The notes below the pieces were generated by a model. It ran no database searches, was not told the DNA's origin, and saw only the letters and a list, made by a program, of their open reading frames with translations. Below, piece after piece: positions 1 through 10,195 of a stretch of DNA of 64,000 bases. The stretch is from Scyliorhinus canicula (taxonomy: Eukaryota), in assembly GCF_902713615.1 (NCBI RefSeq), contig NC_052149.1, forward strand, positions 125,801,256 to 125,865,255, written 5' to 3'. Each line of letters opens with the position of its first letter. The stretch's first letter is position 1. The translations under genes and the position numbers were made by a program.

Positions 1-258
1 GAATTCAATGTTTAATGATGACCCTGAAATGACTGTTGATTGTTGTAAAAGCCCATCTCGTTCCCTAATGCCCTTTTGGGAAAGAAGTCTGCCGTCCTTA
101 AGTGGTCTGGCCTACATGTGATTCCAGGCTAACAACAATTTGGTTGACATCTGGGAAAACACTTCTGAAATGCAGCCACTTGGAGGGTAATTAGGGATGG
201 GCAATAACTGCTGGCCCAGAAAATGACACCCACACCAATGAATACATTTAAAAAACAA
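1..258 (+). mobile_element. SINE body plus LINE-derived 3' tail (head lies beyond left window edge)
   Basis: 1-150 matches the reverse complement of 25810-25990 (ccatct.gttc.ctaatg, tctgccgtcc, ggtctggcc.acatgtga). 190-255 (agggatgggcaataa..gctgg, A-rich end) matches the LINE tail at 2770-2800 and 13425-13445. Confidence 0.65.
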
Positions 259-664
259 TTCACCCAGCAACGTGGAAAATTGCCCAGGTTTGTCCTGCAC
301 ACACCAAACAGGACAAATCCAACCCGGCCGATTACTGCTCCATCAGGCTACTCTCGATCATCAGTAAGGGATGATCAACATTGCTATCAAGTGTCGTTCA
401 GTCTTGGGGTCACTCAGCTCCCGACCTCATTACAGCCTTGGTTCAAACATGACAAAAGAGCTGAACTCCAGCGGTGAGGCCAGAGTAACTGCCCTTTGAC
501 CTCGAGGCAGCATTTGACCAAGTTTGGTATCAAGGAGCCCGAGCAAAACTGGAGTCAATGGGAATCAGGGGGAAAACTCTCTGGTGGTTGGAGTCATACC
601 CAGCACAAAGGTAGATAACTGTGAATATTGGAGGTCAGTCATCTCTGTCCTCGGACATCCACAC

Positions 665-978
665 AACCCCTGCAGTGCAGAAAGAGGCCATTTGACCCTT
701 TGAGTCGGCACCAGCCCTCCAAAACAGTACCGCACCCAGGTCCACTCCCCCGGCCAATCCCCACAGACCAATCTAACCTTTGGATTCTAAGTCACAATTT
801 AACCTGGCTAATCCACTTAACCTGAATTTTCTTAGACTGTGGGAGGAAACCGGAGCACCCAAAGAAAACCCATGCAGACAGCGGGAGAACGTGCAAAATC
901 CATAAAGTCACCCAAGGTTGGAATCGAACCCATGTCTCCGGCGCTGTGAGGCAGAAGTGCCAACCACTCTGCCACCAT
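665..978 (-). mobile_element. HE1/V-SINE-type SINE
   Basis: V-SINE core (gtgggaggaaaccggagcacc, cccatgcagac..ggagaacgtgcaaa) in reverse, B-box-like ggaatcgaacc; splits the host LINE. Confidence 0.8.
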
Positions 979-1723
979 GGACATTACTCACGGGTTCTTC
1001 AGGGGAGGCTCTGAGGCTCAACCAGCTTCAGCTGCTTCATGAATGACTTTCTTTCTGTCATGAGGTCAGACGTGGGGATGTTCATTCATGACTGCACAAT
1101 GTTCAGCACAATGTTCAGCACCATTCACAACTCCACAGACACTGAAGCAGACCTTGCCCTATTACAACAAGGCCTGGACAAAACCCCGGTTTGGGCTGGC
1201 AACTGGCAAGTAACATTTGTGCCAGACAATGACCATCTCCAACAAGAGAGAATCTAACCATTAACCCTTCACGTTCAAAGCAGTACCTTCACTAAGTTCC
1301 CGATTATCAGCATCCTGCGGGTTACAATTACCAGAAACTGAACTGGACTAACCATATAAATACTGTGACGACAGGAGCAGGTCAAAGATGAGGAATCCTG
1401 TGGCAGGTAACTCACCTCCTGACTCCCTAAAGCTTATCCATCATTTACAAGGCACAAGCTGGGAGTGTGATGGAATACTCTCCACTTCCCTGGATGAGTG
1501 CAACTTCAAAAGCACTCAAAGAGCTCAACACCATCCAGGACAAAGAACCCCCACATGATTGGTACCCCACCCACAAACATTCTCTCCCTCCACCACTGAT
1601 GAACAGTGGCAGCCGTCTGTACCATCTACAAGATGCACTGCATGATCTCACCAAGGTTCCTTGGGCAGCAGCTTCCAAACCCACAACCACGACCATCTAG
1701 AAGGACAAAGGCAGCAGATACAT

Positions 1724-2575
1724 GGGTCGGGATTCTCCAGAAACGTGGCTAAGTGTTGACGCCGGCATAAACACCGGAGTGCTTCACGCCGGCGTCAATG
1801 GGTGTCTTGGTCCAGCGATTCTGTATCCCACAGGGAGCCAGCACGGCACTGGACTACTCTGCGCTGCTCCAGCTGCCGTACGCAGCTCTGCAATGCTGGC
1901 CGCGGGTCCCTACATACATGTGGCGGCCGCTTCCACGCCAGCACTGCACAACATGGCAGAGCAACACAGCAGACCGGCACGGAAGAAGGTAGGTCCCCAC
2001 AAGGTAGGCCCGCCGAAGGTGGTCCCTGATCACGGACCTGGCCGTCGTGGAGGCCCGATCACGGACCTGGCCGTCGTGGAGGCCCGATCACGGACCTGGC
2101 CGTCGTGGAGGCCCGATCACGGACCTGGCCGTCGTGGAGGCCCGATCACGGACCTGGCCGTCGTGGAGGCCCGATCACGGACCTGGCCGTCGTGGAGGCC
2201 CGATCACGGACCTGGCCGTCGTGGAGGCCCGATCACGGACCTGGCCGCCGTGGAGGCCCATCCAGAAGACTGTTTCCCCCCCGCCCTCCACCAGGACGGC
2301 CACTGCAGCCACGACGCCGAGCTCCCGCCGGTTGCAACCATATGTGAACCACGTCGGCGGGAACTCGGCTGGTCGACCGCGGAGAATCGCTGCGGGGGCC
2401 TCTTTCAAAGGTCCCTGACTGGTGTCGTATTGACCGCGCGCATGTAACTGCCGCCGAATCTCCGGTCGCCGGAGAATCGCGTCGCAGCGTCGGACCCAAT
2501 CACGGGTCTGAGGCCCCATTCTGCGCCACCGCTCCGAGCGCCATTTAGCCGCGGAGGCTCGGAGAATCCTGGTCT
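1724..2575. mobile_element. GC-rich non-autonomous TIR element (MITE-like, possibly Harbinger-derived)
   Basis: Ends gggattctcc (1729-1738) and ggagaatcc (2561-2569) are inverted. The host LINE resumes on both sides. The 5' end matches the reverse complement of 48810-48880. Superfamily assignment is inference. Confidence 0.65.
2028..2259. repeat. 29-bp tandem repeat x8
   Basis: gatcacggacctggccgtcgtggaggccc repeated 8 times head-to-tail with one substitution in the last unit; no spacers. Confidence 0.97.
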
Positions 2576-2859
2576 TGGGGCCAGCACTCCCCGGAACTGA
2601 GCCACCAAGTCACTAACCATCCTGACTTGGAAATATATTACCATTCCTTCATTGTCACGGATTCGAAATCCTGGAACTCCCTTCCTAACAGCACTCTCGG
2701 TGTATCTATACCGCAAGGACACCAGCGGATTCAGAAGGCAGTTCACCACCACCTTCTGAAGGCTATGAAGGATGGGCAATAAACGCTGGTCCAACCAAAA
2801 ACTCCCACATCACAGAAATAAATTTCAAAATTGCAAAATTAATTTGTGGTAGCAATTAA

Positions 2860-3350
2860 GAGAAGAAAAAGTTAACTTGTGTGTGGAGTTGGGAGACATG
2901 GTGATAGTTCTTAATGAATAATTGACATCAGTTTTCACAAATGAGAGAGACAAAGCTGGCAATGGAAGAGTGATAATGTTGTACCGTTGTTTAAAAAGGG
3001 AGGAAGGGACAGACTGAGTCATTACTGACCAGTCAGTCTAACCTCAGTGGTGGGGAAATTATTGGAAATAATTCTGAGAGAAATTAGAATCATCATTGAG
3101 AGAGACACAGTTCGATCAAGGACGGTCAACATGGATTTGTGAAGGGAAGGTCCTGTCTGACTAACTTGATTGACGTTTTTGAAGAGGGAACGAGGAGTGT
3201 TGATGAGGGGAGGGAGTTTGATGTTGACAACATGGGTTTTCCAAGAACTTTGACAGTTCTCCAACAACAGACGTGTCTGAAAATTGAAAGCTGATGGAAT
3301 CCAAGGGAAAATTAAAAATTGGATTTCAAATTGGTTCAGTGTCAGGAGGT
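2860..3350 (+). mobile_element. Degenerate CR1 ORF2 fragment
   Basis: NVVPLFKKGG...PVSLTSVVGKLLE and HGFVKGRSCLTNL-type sequence with stops. Confidence 0.75.
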
Positions 3351-3437
3351 AAAGGTTTGCTGTTAAACTGGTTAAATCATTTTGGAATGTTACCTAAACA
3401 TTTGTAAAGAAGGTTACTACAAATTCAGCACTGAAAT

Positions 3438-3659
3438 GGTTTCTTTTAATTTCGAGTACCCAATTCATATTTTTCCCAATTAAGGGGCAATTTAGCGTGA
3501 CCAATCCACCTATCCTGCACGTCTTCGGGTTGTGGGGGTGAGACCCACGCAGACACGGAATGTGCAAACTCCACACGGACAGTGGTCCGGGGCCGGGATT
3601 AAACCCGGGTACTCAGTGCCATAGGTAGTAGTGCTAACCACTGCACCACCATGCCACCT
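3438..3659 (-). mobile_element. A-tailed HE1-like SINE with 11-bp TSD
   Basis: V-SINE core in reverse; direct repeat agcactgaaat at 3427-3437 and 3660-3670; T-rich left end. Confidence 0.8.
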
Positions 3660-4043
3660 AGCACTGAAATTGCTAATAGTACAAGTTTTTAAAGACACAA
3701 TGTCCCTTCAAGAGACTGTTAACCAGCCAGGAAGCTCGAACTATTGATCAGAATTTTTGGGGGAACAGGTTGAACATTAACAAGCCACACACAGAGCGGG
3801 AGAACTTTATCCCAGAACATTGGAGCAGACTTGGAGCAACACATTTCACAAAGGATTCTGATCGGAGGTCAGTACAGAAGTTTCTAGATTTAATTTCAAA
3901 CCCTGCCGCCCAGCACTGGGCTGAGGTCAAGGGTGAGGCTACAATTAGCCTCAGTGTCCGGGGGTCAGACAGGGTCATTGCTCCTAATAACCCCCTGGCC
4001 TTTGGAGGCTGAGAGTGTGCGAACAATGGGCGAGGGTCAGGAT

Positions 4044-4100
4044 CAGGAATCTCCAAAGTTAAAGAAAGATTTGCATCTCTGTAGCATCTGAACCACCTGA
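4044..4100. promoter_or_regulatory. Candidate J-C intron enhancer motif cluster
   Basis: Perfect octamer ATTTGCAT 4069-4076, E-boxes CATCTG 4085-4090 and CACCTG 4094-4099, kB-like AGGAATCTCC at about 4045-4054. Function is inference. Confidence 0.3.
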
Positions 4101-4768
4101 TGTTGTCCTCAAATGTTTTGCAGCCAATTGTGCACAGCAAGATCCCAAAACAGCAATGAGTCAATGAGCATTTGGAGGAATGTTGAATCAGGGATAAATA
4201 TCGGACTGAACTCGACCCAAACAGAAAGTAACTGAGAGTCTCCCCAAGAGCCTGGAACACTGAAGCCACTGGATTGTGAGCCCTGCTGGACCTGTTTGTC
4301 ATCAGAACTTTGCTAAGAGATAAGCAGGGAGTGGAGAGAGCAGAGTTAAAGCTGGGGGAAGTGGGACCTCGGTGTCTCACTGTGCTGCTGCTGCTGCTGT
4401 GATCAGTTATATCAGAGAGTGTGACAGGGAGCCAGAGCTCACATCAAACTCTGCCCGTGTCTGTCACACGCAGACTGACAGGAGTCTAGTGAGTGATTTC
4501 ACTCCATGGTCCAGGAATGTGAACACAGTCTGCAAACGTCCAGATCTCCTCCACACGGTGGGTAAAAGCTGCTTACTTATATCTTGTTGCTTAAAGGGGG
4601 GAATGGAACTAAAGAAATACAGCTGGGCACCCTGTTCTACACAGTGTTCTTCAATGAACCATTTCATTCACTGCAGCTCCCCACTAACACCTTCAACTAT
4701 TCAGCATTTGTGTTTGAGAAAGTTTCAGTATTGAAAGGGTTAATAACGGAGGATTGAGGTTTACTTAC

Positions 4769-4803
4769 TCAGTCTGAGCTTGGTTCCTTTACCAAACGTA
4801 AGC
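4769..4803 (-). CDS. IGKJ: Immunoglobulin kappa light-chain J segment
   Basis: G CTT ACG TTT GGT AAA GGA ACC AAG CTC AGA CTG A = LTFGKGTKLRL (FGxG motif), followed by donor GTAAGT at 4768-4763 and preceded by a 23-RSS. Confidence 0.95.
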
Positions 4804-4842
4804 CACACTGACAGCTTCCAGTGCAGGGGCTGTACAAAAACC
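4804..4842 (-). other. 23-bp-spacer recombination signal sequence of J
   Basis: Plus strand: CACACTG (4804-4810), exactly 23 bp, ACAAAAACC (4834-4842). Nonamer perfect; heptamer has one mismatch with CAC intact. Confidence 0.95.
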
Positions 4843-5195
4843 TCTGCTCTCTGCTTCACTCACTCACTCTCACCCTCTCTCTGTCTCTCTCTGTCTCTCA
4901 CTCACTACTGTCTTTCTCTCTCACTTTCTCTCTCCCTGTTTCTCTCAATGTCTCTGTGTTTTGTTGGGAGAGTTGAGAATTCTAATTTTCGATGATAAAT
5001 CTTTCAGCTGCTCTTCATATGTGGACATGGAGAGTAAGATGGAAACTTGAGGCCTTCAGTGAGCTGTGGACACCACAGGGACTGGAGTGTGTAGTGGACA
5101 GTGAGAATAATTTGTTCAGTTTCCTTTTTTGTGTTTATTCTCTATTACATAAAACTGGGATGTATCAGTACAGGTGGTGGGAATGTGTGTATTGG

Positions 5196-5223
5196 GGTTT
5201 TTGTAAGGCTCTGTATCACTGTG
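5196..5223 (-). other. 12-bp-spacer recombination signal sequence of V
   Basis: Minus strand: CACAGTG atacagagcctt ACAAAAACC; heptamer and nonamer both consensus. Confidence 0.98.
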
Positions 5224-5521
5224 AGAGGCCAGCTGTTACGCTGCTGACAGTAATAATCAGCGACATCCTCATTCTGCACATTGCTGATTGTCAGGGTGAA
5301 TCGTGTTCCAGATCCACTGCCGGTGAATCGGTCGGATATTCCTGTGAATCGGGTTGAGGCAGCATAGATCAGCAGAGCCGGTTTCTGACCTTCTCGCTGT
5401 TGATACCAAGCAACAGCACTGCCAACAGATTGACTGGCCGTACAGGTGAGGGTCGCGGTCTGGCCCAGGCTCAATGACAGCACCGGGGGAGACTGGGTCA
5501 TGATGATGTCTCCACTGATAC
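5224..5521 (-). CDS. IGKV: Immunoglobulin kappa light-chain V exon (shark kappa/NS4-like)
   Basis: Acceptor ...tattacccctcag then GISG|[95 protein letters not shown]. Both Cys, the WYQQ Trp and DxADYYC are intact with no stops. V carrying a 12-RSS is the kappa configuration. Confidence 0.97.
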
Positions 5522-5707
5522 CTGAGGGGTAATAGAGAAACAGAGTGAAGTAAGAACTGTCACAGAAAGAGCCTGTACAATGAGATATTGTTGGAGACAC
5601 TGACTGTTCCTCTGCTTTCAGCATTTTCCCTTCAATCACAAGTCAGTAGAATTGGATTGAAATGGAGAGCAGGAAAATATTCAAGGTGGAAGGAGAGAGA
5701 TTTGTAC

Positions 5708-5756
5708 CTGCGATGCAGAATGCCAGAGGCCAGATCAGCTGGATGGCTGAAATCAT
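5708..5756 (-). CDS. IGKV: Ig kappa leader exon (L-PART1)
   Basis: ATG at 5756; MISAIQLIWPLAFCIA+G (49 bp, phase 1), donor GTACAA at 5707; joins in frame to the V exon after a 186-bp intron. Confidence 0.93.
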
Positions 5757-5816
5757 GGTGTCTGCTCCTGTCCCTGTGCCTGGTTACTGGTAAACTCTCC
5801 CTTCACTGGGCTCTGC

Positions 5817-5870
5817 TTTATAAAGCTGCAGCCTGTGAGAGTCTGACTGCCCGTTCCTCAGTATGTAAAT
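5817..5870 (-). promoter_or_regulatory. V gene promoter: TATA box and variant octamer
   Basis: TTTATAAA at 5817-5824, about 60 bp upstream of the ATG; ATTTACAT (minus strand, 5870-5863) is one mismatch from ATTTGCAT, at the position typical of light-chain promoters. Confidence 0.7.
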
Positions 5871-6270
5871 GGTATGAGGCAGAGACACCACGTCAGCACC
5901 TTCACTTCCTCTTCTTCTCTCTCACTGACTCCCTCCCTCAGTATCTGTCCCTCAGTCTCTGCTCTCTCTCACTCCCTCCCTCAGTATCTGTCCCTCAGTC
6001 TCTGCTCTCTCTCTCTCTCTTCCTGTCTCTTTTCTCCTCTGTGTCAGTTTCCCAGTTTCTGCCTCTGACTCTCCCTGTCTCTGACTGTCTCTATGTATTC
6101 TCTTTCCTTTCTCTCTCTCTTTGTCCATCTCTCTCACTCTTTCTCTCTCTCTCTCTCTCTCAGTATCCCTCTATCTCTCTGTACCATTCTCCATCGTCCT
6201 GCAATTCTCCAACTGATCTCTGTAACTGGTGTCATTATTGGAGATTGGAACACTTTAAGTACTTGTGCAG

Positions 6271-7235
6271 CAGTTAAATGCTTCCCTCTCTCTCTCTCTG
6301 TCAGTCTGCCCCTCGCTCTCTCTTTCCCACACTCTCCCAGGTGGATCACAGTTAAATGCTTCCCTCTCTCTCTCTCTCTGTCACAGTCTGTTCCTCACTC
6401 TCTCTATCCCACACTCTCCCAGGTGGATCACAGTTAAATGCTTCCCTCTCTCTCTCTCTCTGTCACAGTCTGTTCCTCGCTATCTCTTTCCCACACTTTC
6501 CCAGGTGGATCACAGTTAAATGCTTCCCTCTCTCTCTCTCTGTCACAGTCTGCTCCTCACTCTCTCTTTCCCACACTCTCCCAGGTGGATCACAGTTAAA
6601 TGCTTCCCTCTCTCTCTCTCTGTCACAGTCTGCCCCTCGCTCTCTCTTTCCCACACTCTCCCAGGTGGATCACAGTTCAATGCTTCCCTCTCTCTCTCTC
6701 TGTCACAGTCTGCTCCTCACTCTCTCTTTCCCACACTCTCCCAGGTGGATCACAGTTAAATGCTTCCCTCTCTCTCTCTCTGTCACAGTCTGCCCCTCGC
6801 TCTCTCTTTCCCACACTCTCCCAGGTGGATCACAGTTCAATACTTCCCTCTCTCTCTCTCTGTCACAGTCTGCTCCTCACTCTCTCTTTCCCACACTCTC
6901 CCAGGTGGATCACAGTTAAATGCTTCCCTCTCTCTCTCTCTGTCACAGTCTGCCCCTCGCTCTCTCTTTCCCACATTCTCCCAGGTGGATCACAGTTAAA
7001 TGCTTCCCTCTCTCTCTCTCTGTCACAGTCTGCCCCTCGCTATCTCTTTCCCACACTTTCCCAGGTGGATCACAGTTAAATGCTTCCCTCTCTCTCTGTC
7101 ACAGTCTGCCCCTCGCTCTCTCTTTCCCACACTTTCCCAGGTGGATCACAGTTAAATGGTTCCCTCTCTCTCTGTCACAGTCTGCCCCTCGCTCTCTCTT
7201 TCCCACACTTTCCCAGGTGGATCACAGTTAAAAGC

Positions 7236-7269
<34 letters not shown>

Positions 7270-8045
7270 TCTCTATCACAGTCTGCTCCTCGCTCTCTCT
7301 TTCCCACACTCTCCCAGGTGGATCACAGTTAAATGCTTCCCTCTCTCTCTCTGTCACAGTCCGCTCCTCGCTCTCTCTTTCCCACACTCTCCCAGGTGGA
7401 TCACAGTTAAATGCTGCCCTCTCTCTCTCTGTCACAGTCTGTTCCTCGCTCTCTCTTTCCCACACTCTTCCAGGTGGATCACAGTTAAATGCTGCCCTCT
7501 CTCTCTCTGTCACAGTCTGTTCCTCGTTCTCTCTTTCCCACACTCTCCCAGGTGGATCACAGTTAAATGCTTCCCTCTCTCTCTGTCACAGTCTGCCCCT
7601 CGCTCTCTCTTTCCCACACTTTCCCAGGTGGATCACAGTTAAAAGCTTCCCCCCCCCCCTCTCTCTCTATCACAGTCTGCTCCTCGCTCTCTCTTTCCCA
7701 CACTCTCCCAGGTGGATCATAGTTAAATGCTTCCCTCTCTCTCTCTGTCACAGTCCGCTCCTCGCTCTCTCTTTCCCACACTCTCCCAGGTGGATCACAG
7801 TTAAATGCTTCCCCCTCTCTCTCTCTGTCACAGTCTGCCCCTCGCTCTCTCTTTCCCATACTCTCCCAGGTGGATCACAGTTAAATGCTTCCCCCTCTCT
7901 CTCTGTCACAGTCTGTTCCTCGCTCTCTCTATCCCACACTCTCCCAGGTGGATCACAGTTAAATGCTTCCCTCTCTCTCTCTCGGTCACAGTCTGCTCCT
8001 CGCTCTCTCTTTCCCACACTCTCCCAGGTGGATCACAGTTAAATG
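6271..8045. repeat. ~80-bp CT-rich tandem repeat, about 22 copies
   Basis: Unit cagttaaatgcttccc(tc)n-tgtcacagtctgctcctcgctctctctttcccacactctcccaggtggatca; length variation lies in the (TC)n tract. Confidence 0.95.
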
Positions 8046-8486
8046 TAGGATAAATCTTCCTCTGCTCTGCCTCAACAATGGAGGTTAACTCTTGACCCCA
8101 GAAGCATATCTTCTGAAGTAAGGCCCCATTTCCCACATTGACCATGCTGCAGCCTTGCTCAGTCAGACTGACAGATTATTGTCAGATTAAGGGTAGTTCT
8201 GTGCTGTTGGTCTATTCTCACTGGGTACTGGTTCAGACACAATATTTAATGAAGGCCCAGCAGAGAGAGGAGATCCTCACCCCATTAGTGTGAGCTGGAG
8301 GGACAGAGACTGAGTCACTGATGCATCCTGTCCATTCAGAGCACATTCAGATCCCTTCCCCCCTCCTTCCCCTTCCATGGTCAGTCTCTGGGGTCCTGGT
8401 GTTTAACTGGGATGAGGGTTGGATAACCACACATTTACAACATAAAGGAACCATCCTCCTTATCGACCATGGTGTCCATGTCTTAA

Positions 8487-8670
8487 CTGACCCTCCAATC
8501 CGGACCAGTAAACATGGGCCTCCTTCCCACTGACCCTCCAATAGGGACCAGTAAACATGGGCCTCCTTCCCATTGGACCCTCCAATAGGGACCAGAAAAC
8601 ATGGGCCTCCTTCCCACTGGACCCTCCAATAGGGATCAGTAAACATGGGCCTCCTTCCCACTGGACCTCC
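8487..8670. repeat. ~44-bp tandem repeat, about 4 copies
   Basis: accctccaatagggaccagtaaacatgggcctccttcccactg(g) repeated. Confidence 0.85.
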
Positions 8671-8727
8671 TCTGAGCTTCAAGTCCACATCCTCTCCATC
8701 ACGGAGGCCCCTTATTTCCATATCCAC

Positions 8728-9023
8728 TGATGTGACCATCAATTCATGAGACACGTGGTTGGAAGTGAACAGTGGTTTTAACAACAGAGGCTGCCTGCGA
8801 CGTGATGAACTGGCAGGCAGGCTCACGACTGCAAAGCTTTATACTTCCGGTTAGTGGAAGGAGCCATGGGCGGAACCATGGGCGGAGCCAAGAGTGGAGC
8901 CCAGTACAAACTCCTCATCTCCCCCTATGGGCAGAGCCGCGCAACTGCTCGTATACCGAGCTTACATGAATACAACATGTCATATAACAACAGTGTGAAT
9001 TAAGAGGAGTGTGATTCACCACA
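8728..9023 (-). mobile_element. Solo LTR with 5-bp TSD
   Basis: TG...CA termini; tccac at 8723-8727 and 9024-9028; TATA-like gtataaagc on the minus strand. Confidence 0.8.
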
Positions 9024-9249
9024 TCCACAACATTGTCCGTCTCTACACTACATCAGCCCCTTGAGCACAGAACCCCTTATTCCGGCTTGTCCTGCCTTCT
9101 AACTCGATTATTCTGATATCCTCTCCTGGCTTCCTTTATTCACACTCCCCATCCTGTCCCAAATGCAGTGGGTCTGTACCCTGTCACGCACAAACTGTTA
9201 CCCTAGCAGTACCCCTGATCTCACTGACCTATTACCCCTAACCTCATGA

Positions 9250-10195
9250 AAACATTGAAACATAGAAAATAGGTGGAGTGGGCCATTCGGCCCTTCAAGC
9301 CTGCACCACCATTCAATATGATCATTGCTGATTATGCAAATTCAGAATTCCACTCCCGCTTTCTCTCCATACCCCTTGATCCCTTTAGCTGCAAGGGCCA
9401 CGTCTAGTTATCTCTTGAATATATCCAACGAACTGAACCCAACAGCTTTCTGTGGTAGAGGATTCCACAAGTTCACAACTCTCGGAGAGAAGCAGCTCTT
9501 CCTCATATCAGACCTGAATGGCTGCCCCTTATTCTCAGGCTGTGACCCCTTGTTCTGGACGTCCCGAACATCGGGAACATTCTTCCCACATCCAGCCTGT
9601 CCAGTCTCATTAGGATTTTATATGTTTCTATGAATTCCCTCTCAGTCTTCTAAACTCCAGTACAAGCCCAGTCTTTCTTCAGTCCTGCCATCCCGGGAAT
9701 TAGCCTTCGCTGTACACCCTCAATAGCAAGAATGTCCTTCCTCAAACCAGGAGACCAAAACTGCACGCATTACTCAAAGCATGTCCTCACCAAGGTCCTG
9801 TCTAACTGCAGCAAGGTTTCCCTGCTCCTATACTCAAATAACTTTGCCATGAAGGCCAGCATACCATTAGCTTTCCTCACCGCCTGCTGCACCTGCATGC
9901 CGACCTTCAGCTACCGTTCCACCATGACATCCATGTCTCGTTGCACTTCCTCTTTTCCTAAAGTGCCATCATTCAGAGAGTAATCTGTCTACCTGTTTTT
10001 GCCACCGAAGTGGTAACCTCACATTTATCCACATTATATTGCATTTGTCAAGTATTTGCCCACTCAGCCAGCCTGTCTCGGTTACCCTGCAGCCTCTTTG
10101 CATTTTCCTCACGGCACACTGTCACCCAGCTTAGTGTTGTCTGCAAATTTAGAGATATTGCATGCAAATCTTTTTTCAATATCATTAATGTATAT
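9250..10195 (-). mobile_element. 5'-truncated CR1 LINE (RT C-terminus and 3' tail)
   Basis: Reverse strand: EYCVQFWSPGLRK-like and KFADN-like RT sequence, tail cctattttctatgtttcaatg. Confidence 0.85.

Larger units (their letters stand above)
259..2815 (+). mobile_element. Decayed non-LTR retrotransposon RT region and 3' tail (CR1/L2-group), interrupted by an HE1 SINE and a TIR element
   Basis: Frameshifted RT pieces: DKSNPADYCSIRLLSIISK, FDQVWYQG, FMNDFLSVMRSDVGMFIHDCTMFS (degenerate FADD), MEYSPLPWMSA. Tail gatgggcaataaacgctgg at about 2771-2790. Confidence 0.8.

Noticed and set aside
3748-4380. 210-aa minus-strand ORF as the C-kappa exon
   Set aside because: No Ig C1 pattern (no PPS, LVCL, W or Y.C.V.H motifs).
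4843-5195. D segment or RAG-transposon remnant between V and J
   Set aside because: No additional RSS pair or coding similarity; CT-rich and unique non-coding DNA.
5145-5639. 164-aa ORF as the true V protein
   Set aside because: The N-terminal 39 aa are intron and the C-terminus reads through the RSS. The real gene is leader 5756-5708 spliced to 5521.
7237-7266. Long C/G homopolymers (also near 12771, 21969, 29789, 34424, 52735, 60101)
   Set aside because: Common slippage expansions, with lengths unreliable in assemblies; no evidence of function.
6093-8053. Ser/Leu-rich and Arg/Glu-rich ORFs (also 36300-36935 and the Gly/Val/Trp ORFs at 62148-63998)
   Set aside because: Translations of simple repeats.
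10162-10169. Perfect ATGCAAAT octamer upstream of V
   Set aside because: It lies inside a CR1 fragment 4.4 kb from the ATG and is most likely coincidental.
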